From Kudoa neothunni (Eukaryota; Animalia; Cnidaria), in the NCBI GenBank assembly GCA_964304625.1, contig OZ199838.1:13087843-13151842 (forward strand): a stretch of 64,000 bases of DNA. Direction: 5' to 3'. Both the position numbers and the translations under genes were made by a program. Each line of letters opens with the position of its first letter. The stretch's first letter is position 1. Below the pieces are notes generated by a model, which was not told where the DNA came from, did no database searches, and saw only the letters and a list, made by a program, of their open reading frames with translations. Positions 41,482 through 56,979 of this stretch are shown here, in pieces.

Positions 41482-42835
41482 CCTTAAATAATTACATTTA
41501 GTAACCGATAGTGCGCAGTTAAAATACTCGCGTGGTTAGTTTTTTGGTGTTTTCTTTATTTTTCAGCACGAGTAATACATCTTATTTTTAGATTACAATA
41601 ACTAAAAATACATTATTTGGTTGAAAAATAATTGTTACATTTCTTTAAACTAGATTTTTTGATGAATATTTATATCTTTTTACATTGGGATAAAATTTAG
41701 TAGAGTCAGTTTTATGAAATTATAGATATTATTTTATTTCTCATTTATTTTCAGCGCAATATGAAAAAAAGTTATTATATTTTTACCTTTAAAATCCCAA
41801 AAGCGTTCTCCTTACTATTTAATTTGGATACGGCGTATACTGTAAAATGTCTAATGACGACTATTATTGTGGTTTTAGATACATTTTGAAATAGATTTCC
41901 ATTATTTATAATATTTCTAATAAAACTCAATTGTTAGAATTTAAATTTTATCCTCGTTTCCAATAAACAAAAATTGCACCTACGTGGTTTGGTCGAAAAA
42001 GTGAGTACCATTGTTTAGTCACGTGATACACCAGATTGGTAATTTCTCAGTTTAATTTATAAATATATTGAAGAATTTTACCTTTATACCATCATAAAAA
42101 TGTTGTGGTGCGTACCACCTAAGACAAACTTTGAATACGTCGTATTGCTGAAAGTGCGTCAAATCGGTTTTGCGTACTATCGGTTACCTACGGTATGCTC
42201 ATTTACTTCTTTTAGGGATAAATTAAGTGTATTAATTATAATTAGAAGGTAAAATTGCACGATATATGGCTTTTTCAAACAATGTAAAACGCATGCGCGT
42301 TGTCGATATTCGGTAACGATCTATTACAACCTGTTAAAACCCGAGTCCCGATTTGCTACCTAATGTCGAGTTTTTACTGTAGTTAACATTTCGTGATAAT
42401 TTGTTGTTAACAATAAGATGTTATAAAACTTCCTCATCCACAAAATTTAACATAGTTTTAATTAAAATTTACGAGTGATGTAACGTGTGGATGATTTTTC
42501 AAAAGTTATGCAAGTTCAAGCCAATCATCACTTTTTGTATTGTGCATCATAATATTTATATATTTATAATTGATCATGTTACCATTGTTGCTGGAACTAA
42601 GTGTGTAGTCATGTAAATAATATGATACAAGCCTAGAATTATCATAACTGACTGAGATCTATTGAGACAAAATAAATGGTTCATAAATAATCTAATATAA
42701 AAATAAGCTTTTGCATGATTAACTTTGTTAATTAACAAAAAACGCTCCGACAGCTGAAGGACATTAGAACCACCTTTAACGCAGTCTCTCTAAGCAGTGA
42801 ACAAGTGTGACCACGGGTGGAGATTTTCTAGCCTA

Positions 42836-44005
42836 ATGAATCTTGCAAAGTTCGTACAAATTTTAGAACTGAGATATCCCAAGCTATTTGCTGCGAGTTG
42901 GGACAATGTTGGACTGTTGGTAAACCCACCAAACGTCCTCGTGAAGAACATTCTTCTGACTAATGATTTCACAAAAGCCGTCTTGAATGAAGCCAAGACT
43001 AAAAATTGCAATCTAGTCATATGTTACCATCCGGTTATCTTCAAAGGTTTAAAATCACTCGATACCGACGGTTCACCCAAAGAAGCATTGTGCTTGGATG
43101 CATTTCTCAATCATATCGCTGTCTATTGTCCTCATACTATATTGGATACGGTTGCAGACGGTATCAACGACTGGCTGATCTCTCGCTTTGGTGATCTCAG
43201 TAATTCAACTCTTAGTCCGGTGAAGCCGTTCCACCAATTCACGCAACACTTCCAATCAGTGATTAGTGTGGACGTGCTGCAGTCGTTGGAAAAGCTACGC
43301 CTCCCCCACGGTCACAATTTTTATGTGTATTTTTCGGATAACAGGTATTCGAATGGTATTTGGTTGTGCAGCAATCATCTTGAAATTTAAGGAACTACAT
43401 ATTCAGTGATTTAACCGTTGTGGATGAGTGCTGGTACAATTATTTTGACGCATTTGACGCCGAAACGATACCGGAACGAGTAGAAAAAATTAAATTAGCT
43501 GTGCTATTCTTTTTAAAACCACATAATAGTTACATCAAAGTTTCTGGGGTGATGGTAGAATGATTGATATGCAAACTCCATTATCTATTATTAAATGTGT
43601 GGAAATTATAAAAAAACACCTAAGAATACCACATGTATTGTTAGCATCGCCTAATCAATCTGATCCTACTGAAGAAAAAGTGTTTTTTTATTGTTGTGGC
43701 TCGAAATCATTTTTATATTGTAGATAAGAACAATAGCTGTGTGTGCGGGGGCTGGCGGAAGTGTTCTTCGAGGATTAAATGTGGACCTTATCATAACGGG
43801 TGAATTGGATCATCATTCAGTGTTGGAATTTGTGGAAAAGGGCACGCATGTTGTGTTGACAAATCATTCTAATTGTGAGAGAGGATTTTTGGATGTTTAT
43901 TTGCATCAAATTAATAGCCACCTTACTTGCTTTAATATCCCACCTAGTTCATTTCCTCATATCTCGGTTTCTCAAGAAGATAGTGATCCTTTGAAAGTTG
44001 TCTAA
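42836..44005 (+). CDS. NIF3L1: NIF3-like protein 1, 4 exons
   Basis: AASWDNVGLLV, ILLTND, VICYHPVIFKGLK, AVYCPHT..D...GINDWL, IAVCAGAGGS, DLIITGELDHH, LTNHSNCERGFL, SQEDSDPL. The exons join in frame. Confidence 0.95.
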
Positions 44006-44147
44006 ACAACTAATAAACTAAATATATTTATCATTACACACTAATAATATTGAAATTGTGCTGTTTTTCGATTACTGAAACTATATTATTTCGCATATGG
44101 CTTGCTTTATAATGCACATTAATCAAGATTAAAAATACAACACTAAT

Positions 44148-45478
<1,331 letters not shown>

Positions 45479-47868
45479 GAGATACTTGTCTATTCCAAGC
45501 ATCCAGCAGGCATTAATATTTTCCCGAATATTTTTTGTAGTTACTTCAAAAACAATTAATTAAATTAGTTCAGACGTTCGGTGGAATCATTTCGTTATTT
45601 TTTGTGTTTGCACAAAAGACTCTATCACCTTCTTCCCATTACTATGGCTATAAGAAACATTTAGTCCTCAAATACTTAAGCTTAAATATCATTTTAAATA
45701 TGATTTTTAAAATTTTACTTCTCTGATTTTGATAGAATTGAACAAATAAATTTATTTTGAACTGTAAAAAATGAATAATTAAATAAGTAGACAAAACTTA
45801 CATAATCGATTGCGAAATTATGATCTAATACAGTGCTTTCTAGCTTAAATCGGGCTCGTATCCCCTTTTGATAAGAAAATGTAATCCTCACGACTTCTAT
45901 ATACGATAAGACGTAGCTGATTCCAAATTAGTGTTACGTTTAATGTAGAACTAGCTTGAAAAATTAAGATGAATTCATTTTATCGTTTTGGTCTAATTTT
46001 AATATTATTAAATTTGTCGATAAAAAATAGATTTTGATTATTTATTAATTAAAAATTAATCTCATTTGTATGTTAATTGAGTAACTCAAAATTTTCAGTC
46101 ATTAATTTTTTTAAATTTACGCATCTCGTAAAATATTTCGCTTTATATCAAAAGAAAAAAAATAAAACGACACGGTTATTTGCATGGAGGGGAATATCTC
46201 CTAAAATAAATGAGATATTAAAAATTTTATTTCACAAATACAATAGACTATATTTTTCCTAAAAAATATTATAACATTTTTTTAACAATTTTACATGGAG
46301 AATTTTCCTATTAAAAACATTATAATCACCTCTCATGTATCAAAATCATACTTTTCCCGATTTAATAACAATGCCAAACATAAATTAATGCTGCCCTAGG
46401 TCAGTTAATTAAAATTATCCACCAACTCGTACGTTAAAAACTCTAATGAGGTATGCGTATCAGCTTATTTTTTACATTTAATTCCAATGGCTCTAAATAG
46501 TAGAAAAAACTGAGGTTGCCAAAATACCTCTTATTTTTTTAATGATACTACGATATTCCCCATGGTTTGTCGTTGTCTTAGCAATTTCCACATTTTATGC
46601 TCTTTAGTTTAAAACAATTTTTTCGATTTGTTTAAATACTAATTTTATTAAATTCAGTGAGCTAAAAATTTTTTGATTCAATAAATCAAAATTCTATTTG
46701 AAAAAAAGTTATTTCAGTCCATCGTGATAGTTTTTTTCAGTAGCCAAACAACAGATACTCTACTCATCTTCCTCCTCCTTATAATCTTTATTTTGAATAG
46801 TTCATCCATAATAATATTAGATGCTTAAAGTGCCAGAAGAGCATAATATTGCTAGAAAGTTTCGTTATTACTTATAGTACATGACTGTAAATATGTGGTA
46901 ACTATTATATTTTATCTTTCAATTCTGATGGATTTCAGGAAACAGAAGAACGATATGAAGAATTTTTGCAGCGCTAAAAATTTTTTAGAAACGCTTTCAA
47001 ACTTTCATACGTCGATCCCAATCTATCATTTGTGATGTTTTCAAAACAATTTTCAGGATAACTTAAGCCAACGATACATTCACTTACGATTAGTTTGTAT
47101 ATTTTATCAAAGTAAATATCGAGGTTGTAAAATTCGTGTCCATATCATTAGGCCTTTAAAAAATCGAGGGTGTTTATGCGTTGAAGTGAGAATTATCAAG
47201 GATTTGGATAGGGATTTCATGGTTCCGACGTTTTATGGTTGTTACTAGTTTTTAAAAACATTTTTATAAATAATACATCGCAGTAAATTAATTAGATTAG
47301 TTTAAGCTTCTTGAAATATCCAACCACAAAAAAATATTGAAATAGAGTAATATATTTTTTTCCTGGATTTTCTTTGTTACTTTTAGTGATGTATTAGTTT
47401 TTATGGATAAATTTGGGCTTAACTTTTTAAAACCATTTTTTGTAGTTAATGTATAATAAAAATGAAGTATATTGAAAATAAAAAATAAAAATGTCAAAAT
47501 GAAATAATTTGAACCATACTATATACTATATGTGGCTTAAAAAATATTGTTGATTAAATTTTTAATCCAAACAGATAAATTTGATGTTACGAGCTGAAGA
47601 AACATATATTTGATGTATCTAAATGTAAAGTTAAAATCTTACTTTACGAGAAAAAGACTAAACGAGAAATTCGTGGAAAATGAGCTCTATGCGAATCCAA
47701 ATTTTAAGAGAAACTTGAGAATCAAAATATCCCACATTATCACGTAAATTTTAATTAAGAGGTTTGAAGATTTCTGAGAGTTCATTATCTGTTAGCGCAT
47801 ATAGAGGAAGACCAAGTTTAAATGTTGTAAAATTTGTTAATAATAATTATGTCATCTATAATATCATC

Positions 47869-50370
47869 CTATAGAGATCTCCAGAAGGTTACTAATAATC
47901 GACCGGATGTGGAGAAAGCTCTCTCACGTTTGGTGGAGGTTGGTGCTATCGCCAGCAGTGAACAAATCAAACCTTGAATTGACTTGGATTGGATTGTGTA
48001 CCAATTACCAATTGCAAGGAAATTTTGGAGCTGCACATTTTTGTCTGTTGTTGAGATAGAGAAATAATCAGTTTCTTTCTCTTTGTCGAATTCATTAGGA
48101 TCAATGTCTTCAATAAGATTCAAGACATCGGATTGTTCTGGTTGTTTATAAAAAACATTTTTACTTTTGTGCACATTGAGAGCCAGATAAAAATCTATAT
48201 CCGAAAATATAGTTCTTCTTTGTTTGATTCTTTTTGTAATATTATTTTTTAGGTAGTTGGGGAAGTCATTCTCAAGTTATCCAATTTTAATAATAAGGTT
48301 CGACAAAATTAGATAGGCGTCAAATATATTTGGTTTTTTTTGACAACTTCTCCACGGCTGATTGAATTGGTTCCAATAAATTGACCATTCTCTCTATAAC
48401 GATTTTGTGGTGGGTGGATATATGAAGAAGTATTTTCATGTCTAGGAATGTTTTTTTGTTTGAGCCTCTATTTCACAAAATCTTGTATTGCAATCAATAA
48501 TGGGTTTTAGAGGTTTTTTTAAAACACCCTGACAATATTTTCCTAATATGTCACCCATCTGGATAGATTTTTTTAGGTTTTCCATACAGTTCCTCATTGC
48601 ATCTATTATCTCCTTAATGGTTAGAGAGGGCTCCATATTCACTGTTTCCTCAAATTCGTATGTTTCACGTTTAGTGTCTTCATCATTCTCTTCATTGGGG
48701 TTTCCGTATATCCTCAAATCGGAAACAAGCAAGCTATATCCACAGAAAATTTCAATAACGACTAAAATGATTTAATGGTAGTTAATAAAAAATACATTAC
48801 CCAAATGTAGATGATGGTTGAAACAAAGCTGTATGGGAATTCCACAATCTTTTGACAGATGCACCATCCCCAGTTATTGACATCACTTTTGGAAGCTTAA
48901 CTCGAATTTTTCAAATGAATGTTTTATTTTTGAAATTATATTTTTGGGAGTGAGAGAACTATTAATTCTTTTGACCCTCGAAGGATCGTGCTCAAAAAAA
49001 CTTGATGTGTTCCAATGGGGGTCGGTCAGCGACCCCAGTAGTTTTCTACTATAATGATTGAGTATGATTCTAACTTAGTAGAAATATTAATCAATCTTTT
49101 GATCATTAAAATATATGTTTAAAATAACTAATCGACAAAACAATTTGTTAAAAATGCCGTAACCATTTCGCGAGACACTACAACTTAAACTTATCCAAAC
49201 AAAACTTCAAATGGTGGCTGTAATAGATATGTGCTTCGTTTTTAGCTGAATATAACAAAATTGAAACTTCTACGCCACTTTTAATATCAATATAGGCTGC
49301 TCGGTCATGGCACTGACAGGAGGTAACTCCTGTGAAGTTCGGTACTCCAATATTGATTTACACTAAGCTATGTTTACAACACATCTTGAGAAATAAATAA
49401 TAATGTTGAGTCTAAATAAGTAAGAATGAATTTATTTGAATTATGAGTGAAAATAGTTATAATCAGTATATAGATATGATTCAAAGCTTATTTCTTTCCA
49501 CTTGGTTTTAATCGTTTCAATAGTTATAAGGAAATGGCCTAACTTAATTTCATTAAAAATTAAAAAAATAAAACGATTAACATAAATGATAACTTGTTAG
49601 GTTTATAGAATAGGGAATCGTTGAAATTTGGCGATATTATGACACAGAAATAATGTGACTATGTTTTAATCTATTAATTATTAAGCTGAACTATTAATTT
49701 AGTAAAATATGACCACCTTATATTTACTAACATTTAAATTAATTCATAGAAAAAATAAATATTATGAAATATTTTAAAAGCGCATCGGGTAACCTGGTCG
49801 GTTTTCAACGCGCAATAACCTGGGCGACAATAATAAAGGGATTAATCTTTTTAATCCTATTCCATCTTCGGAATCTTGTAACAGGTAATAAGAATGGTTT
49901 CAAATTACAATATTCCTCAGTTTAGTCGTGACAATATATATTGGAATGATCATTTTTTCTTATTATATAAGTTAAATAAATTTTATACCACGGTTTAAAT
50001 GGCTTTAAATAACATATATCAGTGCTAAGTAACATTAAACAAAATCGTTGAACCGTAGAATACTATAATTTATCTGAAATTTTGTACTTCTAAACAATAC
50101 ATGTTAATCTAAGATTACATGAACTCAAAAATTAAAATGACAAGTTTAAGTAGGTAAAAACAAACATTTACCAAAAATGGGGTAACGAATGACCCGAAGC
50201 ATGGTCCCGGGAGGGGTAAGACCTAAAAATTTACATTTAATAATGCGTATAATAGATACGTAGATTATCTAGACAATAAATTATATCGTCGAAGTGGGCG
50301 TTTACTGTTATGCAATATTTTGAACCAATGCCAGTCCATTCCTCGATTGAGACGTTGATTTTAGTCCTTT
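47869..50370 (-). pseudogene. decayed hAT transposase, split by a piggyBac-type insertion
   Basis: INVSIEEWTG (about 50335-50362), FLGLKRINSS (reconstituted across the insertion), ITGDGAS, QLCFNHHLHL, KPIIDCNTR, and the C-terminal dimerisation motif LLAIAPTSTKRERAFSTSG. Many stops and frameshifts. The distal part may derive from a second copy. Confidence 0.85.
48975..50215. mobile_element. non-autonomous piggyBac-type element
   Basis: Imperfect TIR ccctcgaaggatcgtgct / agcatggtcccgggaggg (13/18). Degenerate TTAA flanks (ttga, gtaa). Palindromes at 49017-49036 and 50179-50195. Removing the element restores the hAT reading frame. Confidence 0.82.
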
Positions 50371-53300
50371 TGGATTCCAATCTTTTTTTATATCATTTTT
50401 TAACAATTCTCTGCGAAAATTTTGTTATTTTAACCAAATGAATTGTTTAATTAATGAGAAATGATCATTGTCAGTTTTAGTTTAATTTAATTGAACGATG
50501 AATGATGTGGACAAAGTCCAATTAAAACGTTTCTTATAATAAAATCATTTTAGAATAGAAATTTCTAGTACATTTGAGATTTTTATAGGATTTAATTATC
50601 GTTATTGCGCTGTGAATTTTTATTGTTTACTTTATAATTTTGAGAGTATTATATTCAGAAAATAACAATATTTCCTATGTATAAGATTAATACAACGATG
50701 TTATAGCTTGTTTTCATGTTAAAAATAGCTTACTCAATCTTATATAAATAAAAAATATCCTATTTCTACATGAAGGTAGAAACGTCTTTAATTTTGTTCA
50801 ACAATGAGGTGCATGACTTTCTTTCTTTCTTTCTTTTGAAATTGAAATAATATTAATTTATCGAAACAATAATTCAAACCCCATTTGTTATGTATTTAAC
50901 TTCACATAAACTAAATTTTATGTTTAAACGTATTGGTCGGTATTGTTGTGATCAAATACATAACCAAATAAATAAGCAATATCATCGAATTTATTCGTTA
51001 GGCAGCGATATTTTAAATTAAAAGAAATGTTTTTGTCGATTAAAATATTAACGCAACATCATTATGAAAAATCCTTGGTTCAATGATAATCGCTAGATAA
51101 ATTTGAGAATAAATTAAATCGAAAAAATGTATTGTTTTTGTGATTATACTACTGTTTAATACAAGTTGGAACTATAGAATAGTCAAGACTGACAAAAACG
51201 CATTTGGATTTGCAATTTATTTTATTTTCGTTGTCGAAACATATATCATATATCAAAAGTTTCTCCGACTGAATTACAGTATCTGCGTAGGACCTTCGGG
51301 CGGCGCTGAGTATACAATCGGAAATAAAGTCGTTTCCTACAATTCATCATGTTAGTTCACTTCCTTTTCAAAAAATTTTCCATTTTTGTTCTTGTCACAA
51401 AATATAACGTTATTTAATTAAATTTAGATCAAAAAAAGTAACTATAAAATTAAAAGCCTAGCATACTCGTAGTCACGTGTAATTTTCATTTTATTTAGAA
51501 AAAGTTTAAAATTCTTTAATTTGTTTGGTTTTAACAGTTATTAATATAAATTACGCAAATAATTTGTTTAAAATGAATAACAGAAACTAATCAGATAGAT
51601 AACTCATTGGTTGCCGCGTCGTATATATTAGTGCACATTGCAAAACCAAAAAAAATTAAAGAAAACCTATGTGATATTAATGTTTATTTTCTTTAAACCT
51701 ACATTCATGTAAATGTACTCTGTAAAACGTAACAATTAGTGGCCAAGAAACCCAAAGTAGATCATATATCCACATACTATAGTTTGGTATTTCAGTAGAT
51801 TCTAAAATATGACGTAATATCTCACTTTATATTCCAAAAAATAAGTAATAAATGTTTATTTATAGATTTTACACCATTTTTATATTGTTAAGATAAATAA
51901 TAAAAAAATAATTATTGATTTTTTTTAGTTACTTAATGTATATAAATTAAAAAATAGCTTACAAAAATAAATTAAAAATATCATGTTTGAATTTTGGAAC
52001 AAATATTGTTATAAAAGTTTTTTAATCATGAATAAACTACCCGAAAAAATTTATACACTAAAAACCAAATTAAGGAATGCCATCGTTAAATTGAAACATC
52101 TTCGTTCTAATTTTGAATAAAATAAATCAGAAAGTTCTGTTTTTAAAATACGAAGTCAAGATTGAACATTTACAAACTTTTACTAACAGATACAAAGAAA
52201 AAAATCCAGTGAACAATTAAAGACTTTGAACTTGTTAAAATTATAGAGAAATAATAATTTTCTTGATGTATTTATCAACAGCATAGAGATTCCACGTGAA
52301 TCCAAATGTGCCGACTTGAAATTTATTTCCAGTTTTAGGTTACTTTTTTGAGCTGAATTTAATTACATAATGTTATTTTATGTAATAAGGATAAAAATCA
52401 AAATACTTTCGAAAAAGAAGTGAATTAACAGGAAAAATTGTCGGAAAGGACTTTATTCCCGATTTTGTGACAGCGCTCGAAGATTAAGCACGGATACCAC
52501 AGTACTGTAGATTAGCCGATATTTTAAAATAAATAAAATAATCTATTCCAAAAAATAATGCACTGCTGAATTTTAATATGAAAATTTCTCCTAACATTGA
52601 CTTAATCTCCTCGAAATATAGGATACTCCCTATTCCCTCGATATCAACCCTCAATTTTTTGAAGGCCTACATATAATTCGTCACATAGGAAATCAAATTG
52701 ATCTTTACTAATAATATAAACTATTTAATTGGAATTTGTTATACTTAGAATTTTTTCTCTGAATTTATTCCATACTTTTATTTTTTATCTTCGCGTTGAA
52801 ATATTTGACAGAGATGAAACCTACATATCAAAGGGGGGCAGATTCAAACGTCATCTTAAGGCACTTTCTGAGGCATTTGTATTTATCTGTTATTGTTGTT
52901 TATATTTTGGTCTTCGGCCAAAGAGCCACATCAACTATTTCATTTAACAACCATTTGATCGAATCTTCAGATCCATCATACGATACATGCACTTGTTATG
53001 AGTCAAGCTAAACGAATCTTGTGTAGTCGTTATGAAGAAAGATGCGCTAGAAAAAAATAAAAACACATCTTGCATATTTTAATTTAGGTAAAACGTGAGT
53101 TAAATAGTACAATTTTCAAAAAGGGTATTCGCGGAGATTCGACGTAACCAAATGTTTTAGCGTGTAAAGTTATGACGCGAATAATAAAATCTATGATTAA
53201 TATGATATTATTTAGATCAAATGAGAATTAATGCTTAATGTATGACAATTATTAAAATTGTGGGACCATGTGAGACATGCGGCCAGTGGATCGTGTGCGC

Positions 53301-54081
53301 AACGTCTAACATGACAATAATCAATTTTATTGCACACAATAGAAATTAGCTCACTAACATACGATGTATAAGCATTTAACAATGTTATTACACCATGGAA
53401 GTACGGTTTTGACACATGCAAGATGATTAAATTATGGTTTTAATAGACAAATTCTCTATTTAAACTTATTTAAAAAATTTATAATATTTGTTAGGAAAAA
53501 TATAGCTTATTGTATTTGTGAAATTAAATTTTTAGTATCTTACTTATTTTAGGAGATATTTCCATCCATGCAAATAGCCAGTCCAGAGAAGGGTTTAAAG
53601 GATTTATCCAAATAGCCGTTGCAAAAATAAAAACTAATTCGATTAATAGAACAATAATGCATTCATTAAGCTTTTACGATTAGCATATAGAAAAATCGAT
53701 AATTTACTCAAAAAATTTTCAGAAATTATTTTCAATTGTGATCTAAGCTCGCATCCCCAGTTGGGAAACGCTTATCTAATGCGTACAAGAACATGCACCA
53801 ACTAGGAATTATAATTGGTTAAATTCAATAATAAAATCTCAAATATGTTTCAAGGAATTTTAATGTCCAAGATTTTCTATGAAATAAACTTTAACTAATT
53901 TAGTTATTATTATAATATTTGAGTGGATCGTAACTCAATAATTGGTCCATTAATATAAAAAATAAATATACAAAAGAACCTACCTAACAAATTATTAAAA
54001 ATTTTCCTTGGCTAAAATAAAATCTAATGTCAAACGTTTAGCCTTATAACTGTTAATTTAGAATTTCCCCTGTTTCAGTGT

Positions 54082-54091
54082 GTCACGTGAC
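54082..54091. promoter_or_regulatory. perfect palindromic E-box GTCACGTGAC (CLEAR-type) 27 nt upstream of the seipin ATG
   Basis: The sequence gtcacgtgac is seen directly. Function is inferred only. Confidence 0.45.
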
Positions 54092-54118
54092 TCACGCGAT
54101 CTGATTAATCAAGTGTTG

Positions 54119-55375
54119 ATGACTGAAACAACTAAAAACTATATGATTATTTTGAAATCATTAGCAACAATAATTGTTGTCAATGGATCAATATTTGCAC
54201 TTTTTATGTCAAGCTATTACGTGTATTATAATCCAAATAATGTTCAAGAGTGGAATGTTTTAATGAGGAACGAGTATTAATTATATTGATATTAAAAGTT
54301 CATAATTTTTAAATAACTAAAATAAATTTAAAATACGTAGTATTTTTGTATATTCCTCAATTCGACTGAACATTTAGACTAGTCAATGGATCAAATTGTG
54401 GGTTCGATTTTTATACTGTGACCAGTGTAGCCGACCTAATATTTGATGAAAAGTCTAGTCAAAATAAGGTTGAATTTTGGAACTTTTTATAAATTAATTT
54501 TTTTCTATTTAGGAGCTTATAACTGGTCGTCGTTATGATTTTTGGTTGATGTTTAAAGTGAGACCGTTTGATACTGCCAAGGTTCTACCAGCCAATACCA
54601 ATGCAAATATTGCAATATATGATAGTAATCGAACTTTTCTTCATTAAGATCAAGGAAAAAACGAATTGAATTAATTTTCTATTTACTTTAGGTGTTCTCA
54701 ACATAGATATCCTACTTATGGACATTGATAGTGAGCCAACCAATACTTACTTCACAACTGTAGTTTAGCATCTATACAAATTTATAATTTTCGAATTTTT
54801 TAGGTTCTAATTCCTACAAAAAAAGAAATCGGTATCTACTATTATTGGCAATACTTTGTGAGTTGGTTAAATGTGATTTTGCCATTTTATGTCGATCGCA
54901 ATTTGATCGACGTGAGGGCTCACATAAAAGCTGAACACGTTGAACGTTATGTAGGTTGATTTATTGGTTTTTATGCGATAAAATTCTCTTATAGCGAAAC
55001 AAAGCAACCAAACGAATCAAACTTTCTTTCTATCATTTTTGCAGCAACACACCTCCACAAATAACCAACATAATGTTTATTATACAAGAAAAAATGACTG
55101 GAATGAGATATCTTATAAACAGCTATCCAAATATAGGTTATTTGATTTTTTTATTGTCGGCACTGGGTGCTGTGTCAGTTATAACCACACTGATGGTTGC
55201 ATTCTATATGAGAACGCTCTACCGAAAAACTTCCACTATACAAAATAGCAACGCCACATCTCTCGGTGTCAAAGATGAACCCCACTCATCAGATTCCCTC
55301 CCAATAAATAGAGTGAAAGAAGAGCCCGTTCCATATACGGACCTACAGAACGAATTAATGAATGAATTACACTAA
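54119..55375 (+). CDS. BSCL2: seipin (lipid droplet biogenesis), multi-exon
   Basis: N-terminal TM ending SYYVYYNP, luminal LITGRRYDFWL, and PQITNIMFIIQEKMTGMRYLINSYP followed by a second TM (compare seipin HFTGLRYLLYNFP). The exons join with canonical GT-AG introns. Confidence 0.8.
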
Positions 55376-56189
55376 GCATGAAATTCTGCGCATATTCTTT
55401 GTATTTTCTGTCTTCAGTTTATTAAGGGTTTTGTTTGGTTCAGTTTTTTCTACAAATAATGTATCATTTTACTAAAGTATTTCTATTTTCGGTCTTGATT
55501 TAATGTTGACCCAAGAATACTATTAGGTCTATTTTCGAAGTTTCAATTTTTTAAGTTTTCTTTCCGTTTGTAAGCTAAAAGGAAAACTGAAATAGTTATT
55601 AAATAATGGAGTTTCAAAATTTGTACGAATTAATCAGTTCTTTATTATTGATTCGAGGTTACTCATCAAATTATTTGCATCTATTATGGTTAATCATAAT
55701 TTTTCAAGTCACACGTTTTTTGGCGAATACACACTTCTAATATTTTTAAATCTAACTTTTTGATTCACACACGAAATCTCTCCTCGTGTTATTCCGAGAA
55801 AAATGTATTTCCCAGGATCTTTCGTTTATTATGGTACAAATATGCTAGTGTATCGGTTACTCACCATGTTTTTTTCACAAGGTAAAATATCTGGTTTATC
55901 CGAACGCCGTAGGCGCTGCAGCGAATAACGTATATCATCTCGTCCTATCTATCTAATGTAGTTTTGGAATTTTAATCACTAAAAATCCTTAATTGGAATT
56001 GGGGACTACTGAATTAAAAACCTTGCTCTTCCAAATGGGTTGGTTATGAGGGACCTCAAGCAATATTTTCATTCCTTAGTCCAACCCTTTCATTGGTGAA
56101 GTTATAACCACAAATGCATCACCCAATAGTGAGCATATATTCTAACCACAACTTTCCTTAACGAACAGGAACACACATTCACAGCTAAA

Positions 56190-56260
56190 AACAGCGCCTT
56201 ACCGGGGCTGGGACTTGAACTCGCAACCTCAGAGTCACAGTCCGGTGTCCAGACCTCTTG
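56190..56260 (-). mobile_element. tRNA-derived element head (SINE-like or tRNA pseudogene), 5'-truncated
   Basis: The minus strand reads caagaggtctggacaccgga-ctGTGac-tctgaggttgcga-GTTCAAGTCC-cagccccggta followed by ttttt: an anticodon-like arm plus a B box. The 5' acceptor strand is missing. Confidence 0.55.
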
Positions 56261-56979
56261 TTATATTTTCATCGTCCGTATATGAGTTTATAATTAAAAA
56301 GAACCATCTAAAACAACTAATAATGTTAAGTTTTGACTCATCTCTAAATAGCCAATGAACATTTAGATACTTAAGCTCATTGTAGCACTATTCCTTTGTT
56401 TGCGTTAAAAAACTGTCAACCCGCTGTTTTAAAAAATTATCTAAATTATAGGTGGTGACTTAATAATAAAATTAAATTAAACCATATTAAAAATTTAGAG
56501 ACTTAAATAAAATTTTTGAACTAAAAAAATAATTTGAGTTAAAAAAGGTTTACCCACATATTTAACCGATTTCTTTGTATATTAAGTGTATTAACACAAA
56601 GCATCGAATTATTAATTTTGGTTGTCCTTAGCTATCAATCCTAGAAATTTTAATGATTTTTTCAAATTAATTTACTCATTCTAAATAGACATATAAATAA
56701 GTCCGTTATTCGTTTCCATGGTAACATCATTAATGAATAATACAATGTACATAATTGCTCGAATAAAATTCTGTTATTTATATTGAATTAGACTCAGTTA
56801 CGAAATAATACAAATAATGACGATGATTAGCTTTCACTACAATCAGAATATTATCCGTAATAGTGAAAACCTAGAATAATATATTTTTACTCCGGTGTCA
56901 TGTTGTGAGCTATCATCAACGTGTTTTTTGAATAGCCCATCAACTTGTGTAAAAAATAATGTTGGCTCAAAAGTTGAAA

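Noticed and set aside
53255-53320. BED-finger-like CETCGQWIVCATSNM
   Set aside because: An isolated short match with no His ligands or adjoining transposase frame.
54600-54692. Apparent GA-AG or GC-AG intron and in-frame TAA in seipin
   Set aside because: A canonical GT-AG intron at 54625-54691 removes the stop and preserves the frame.
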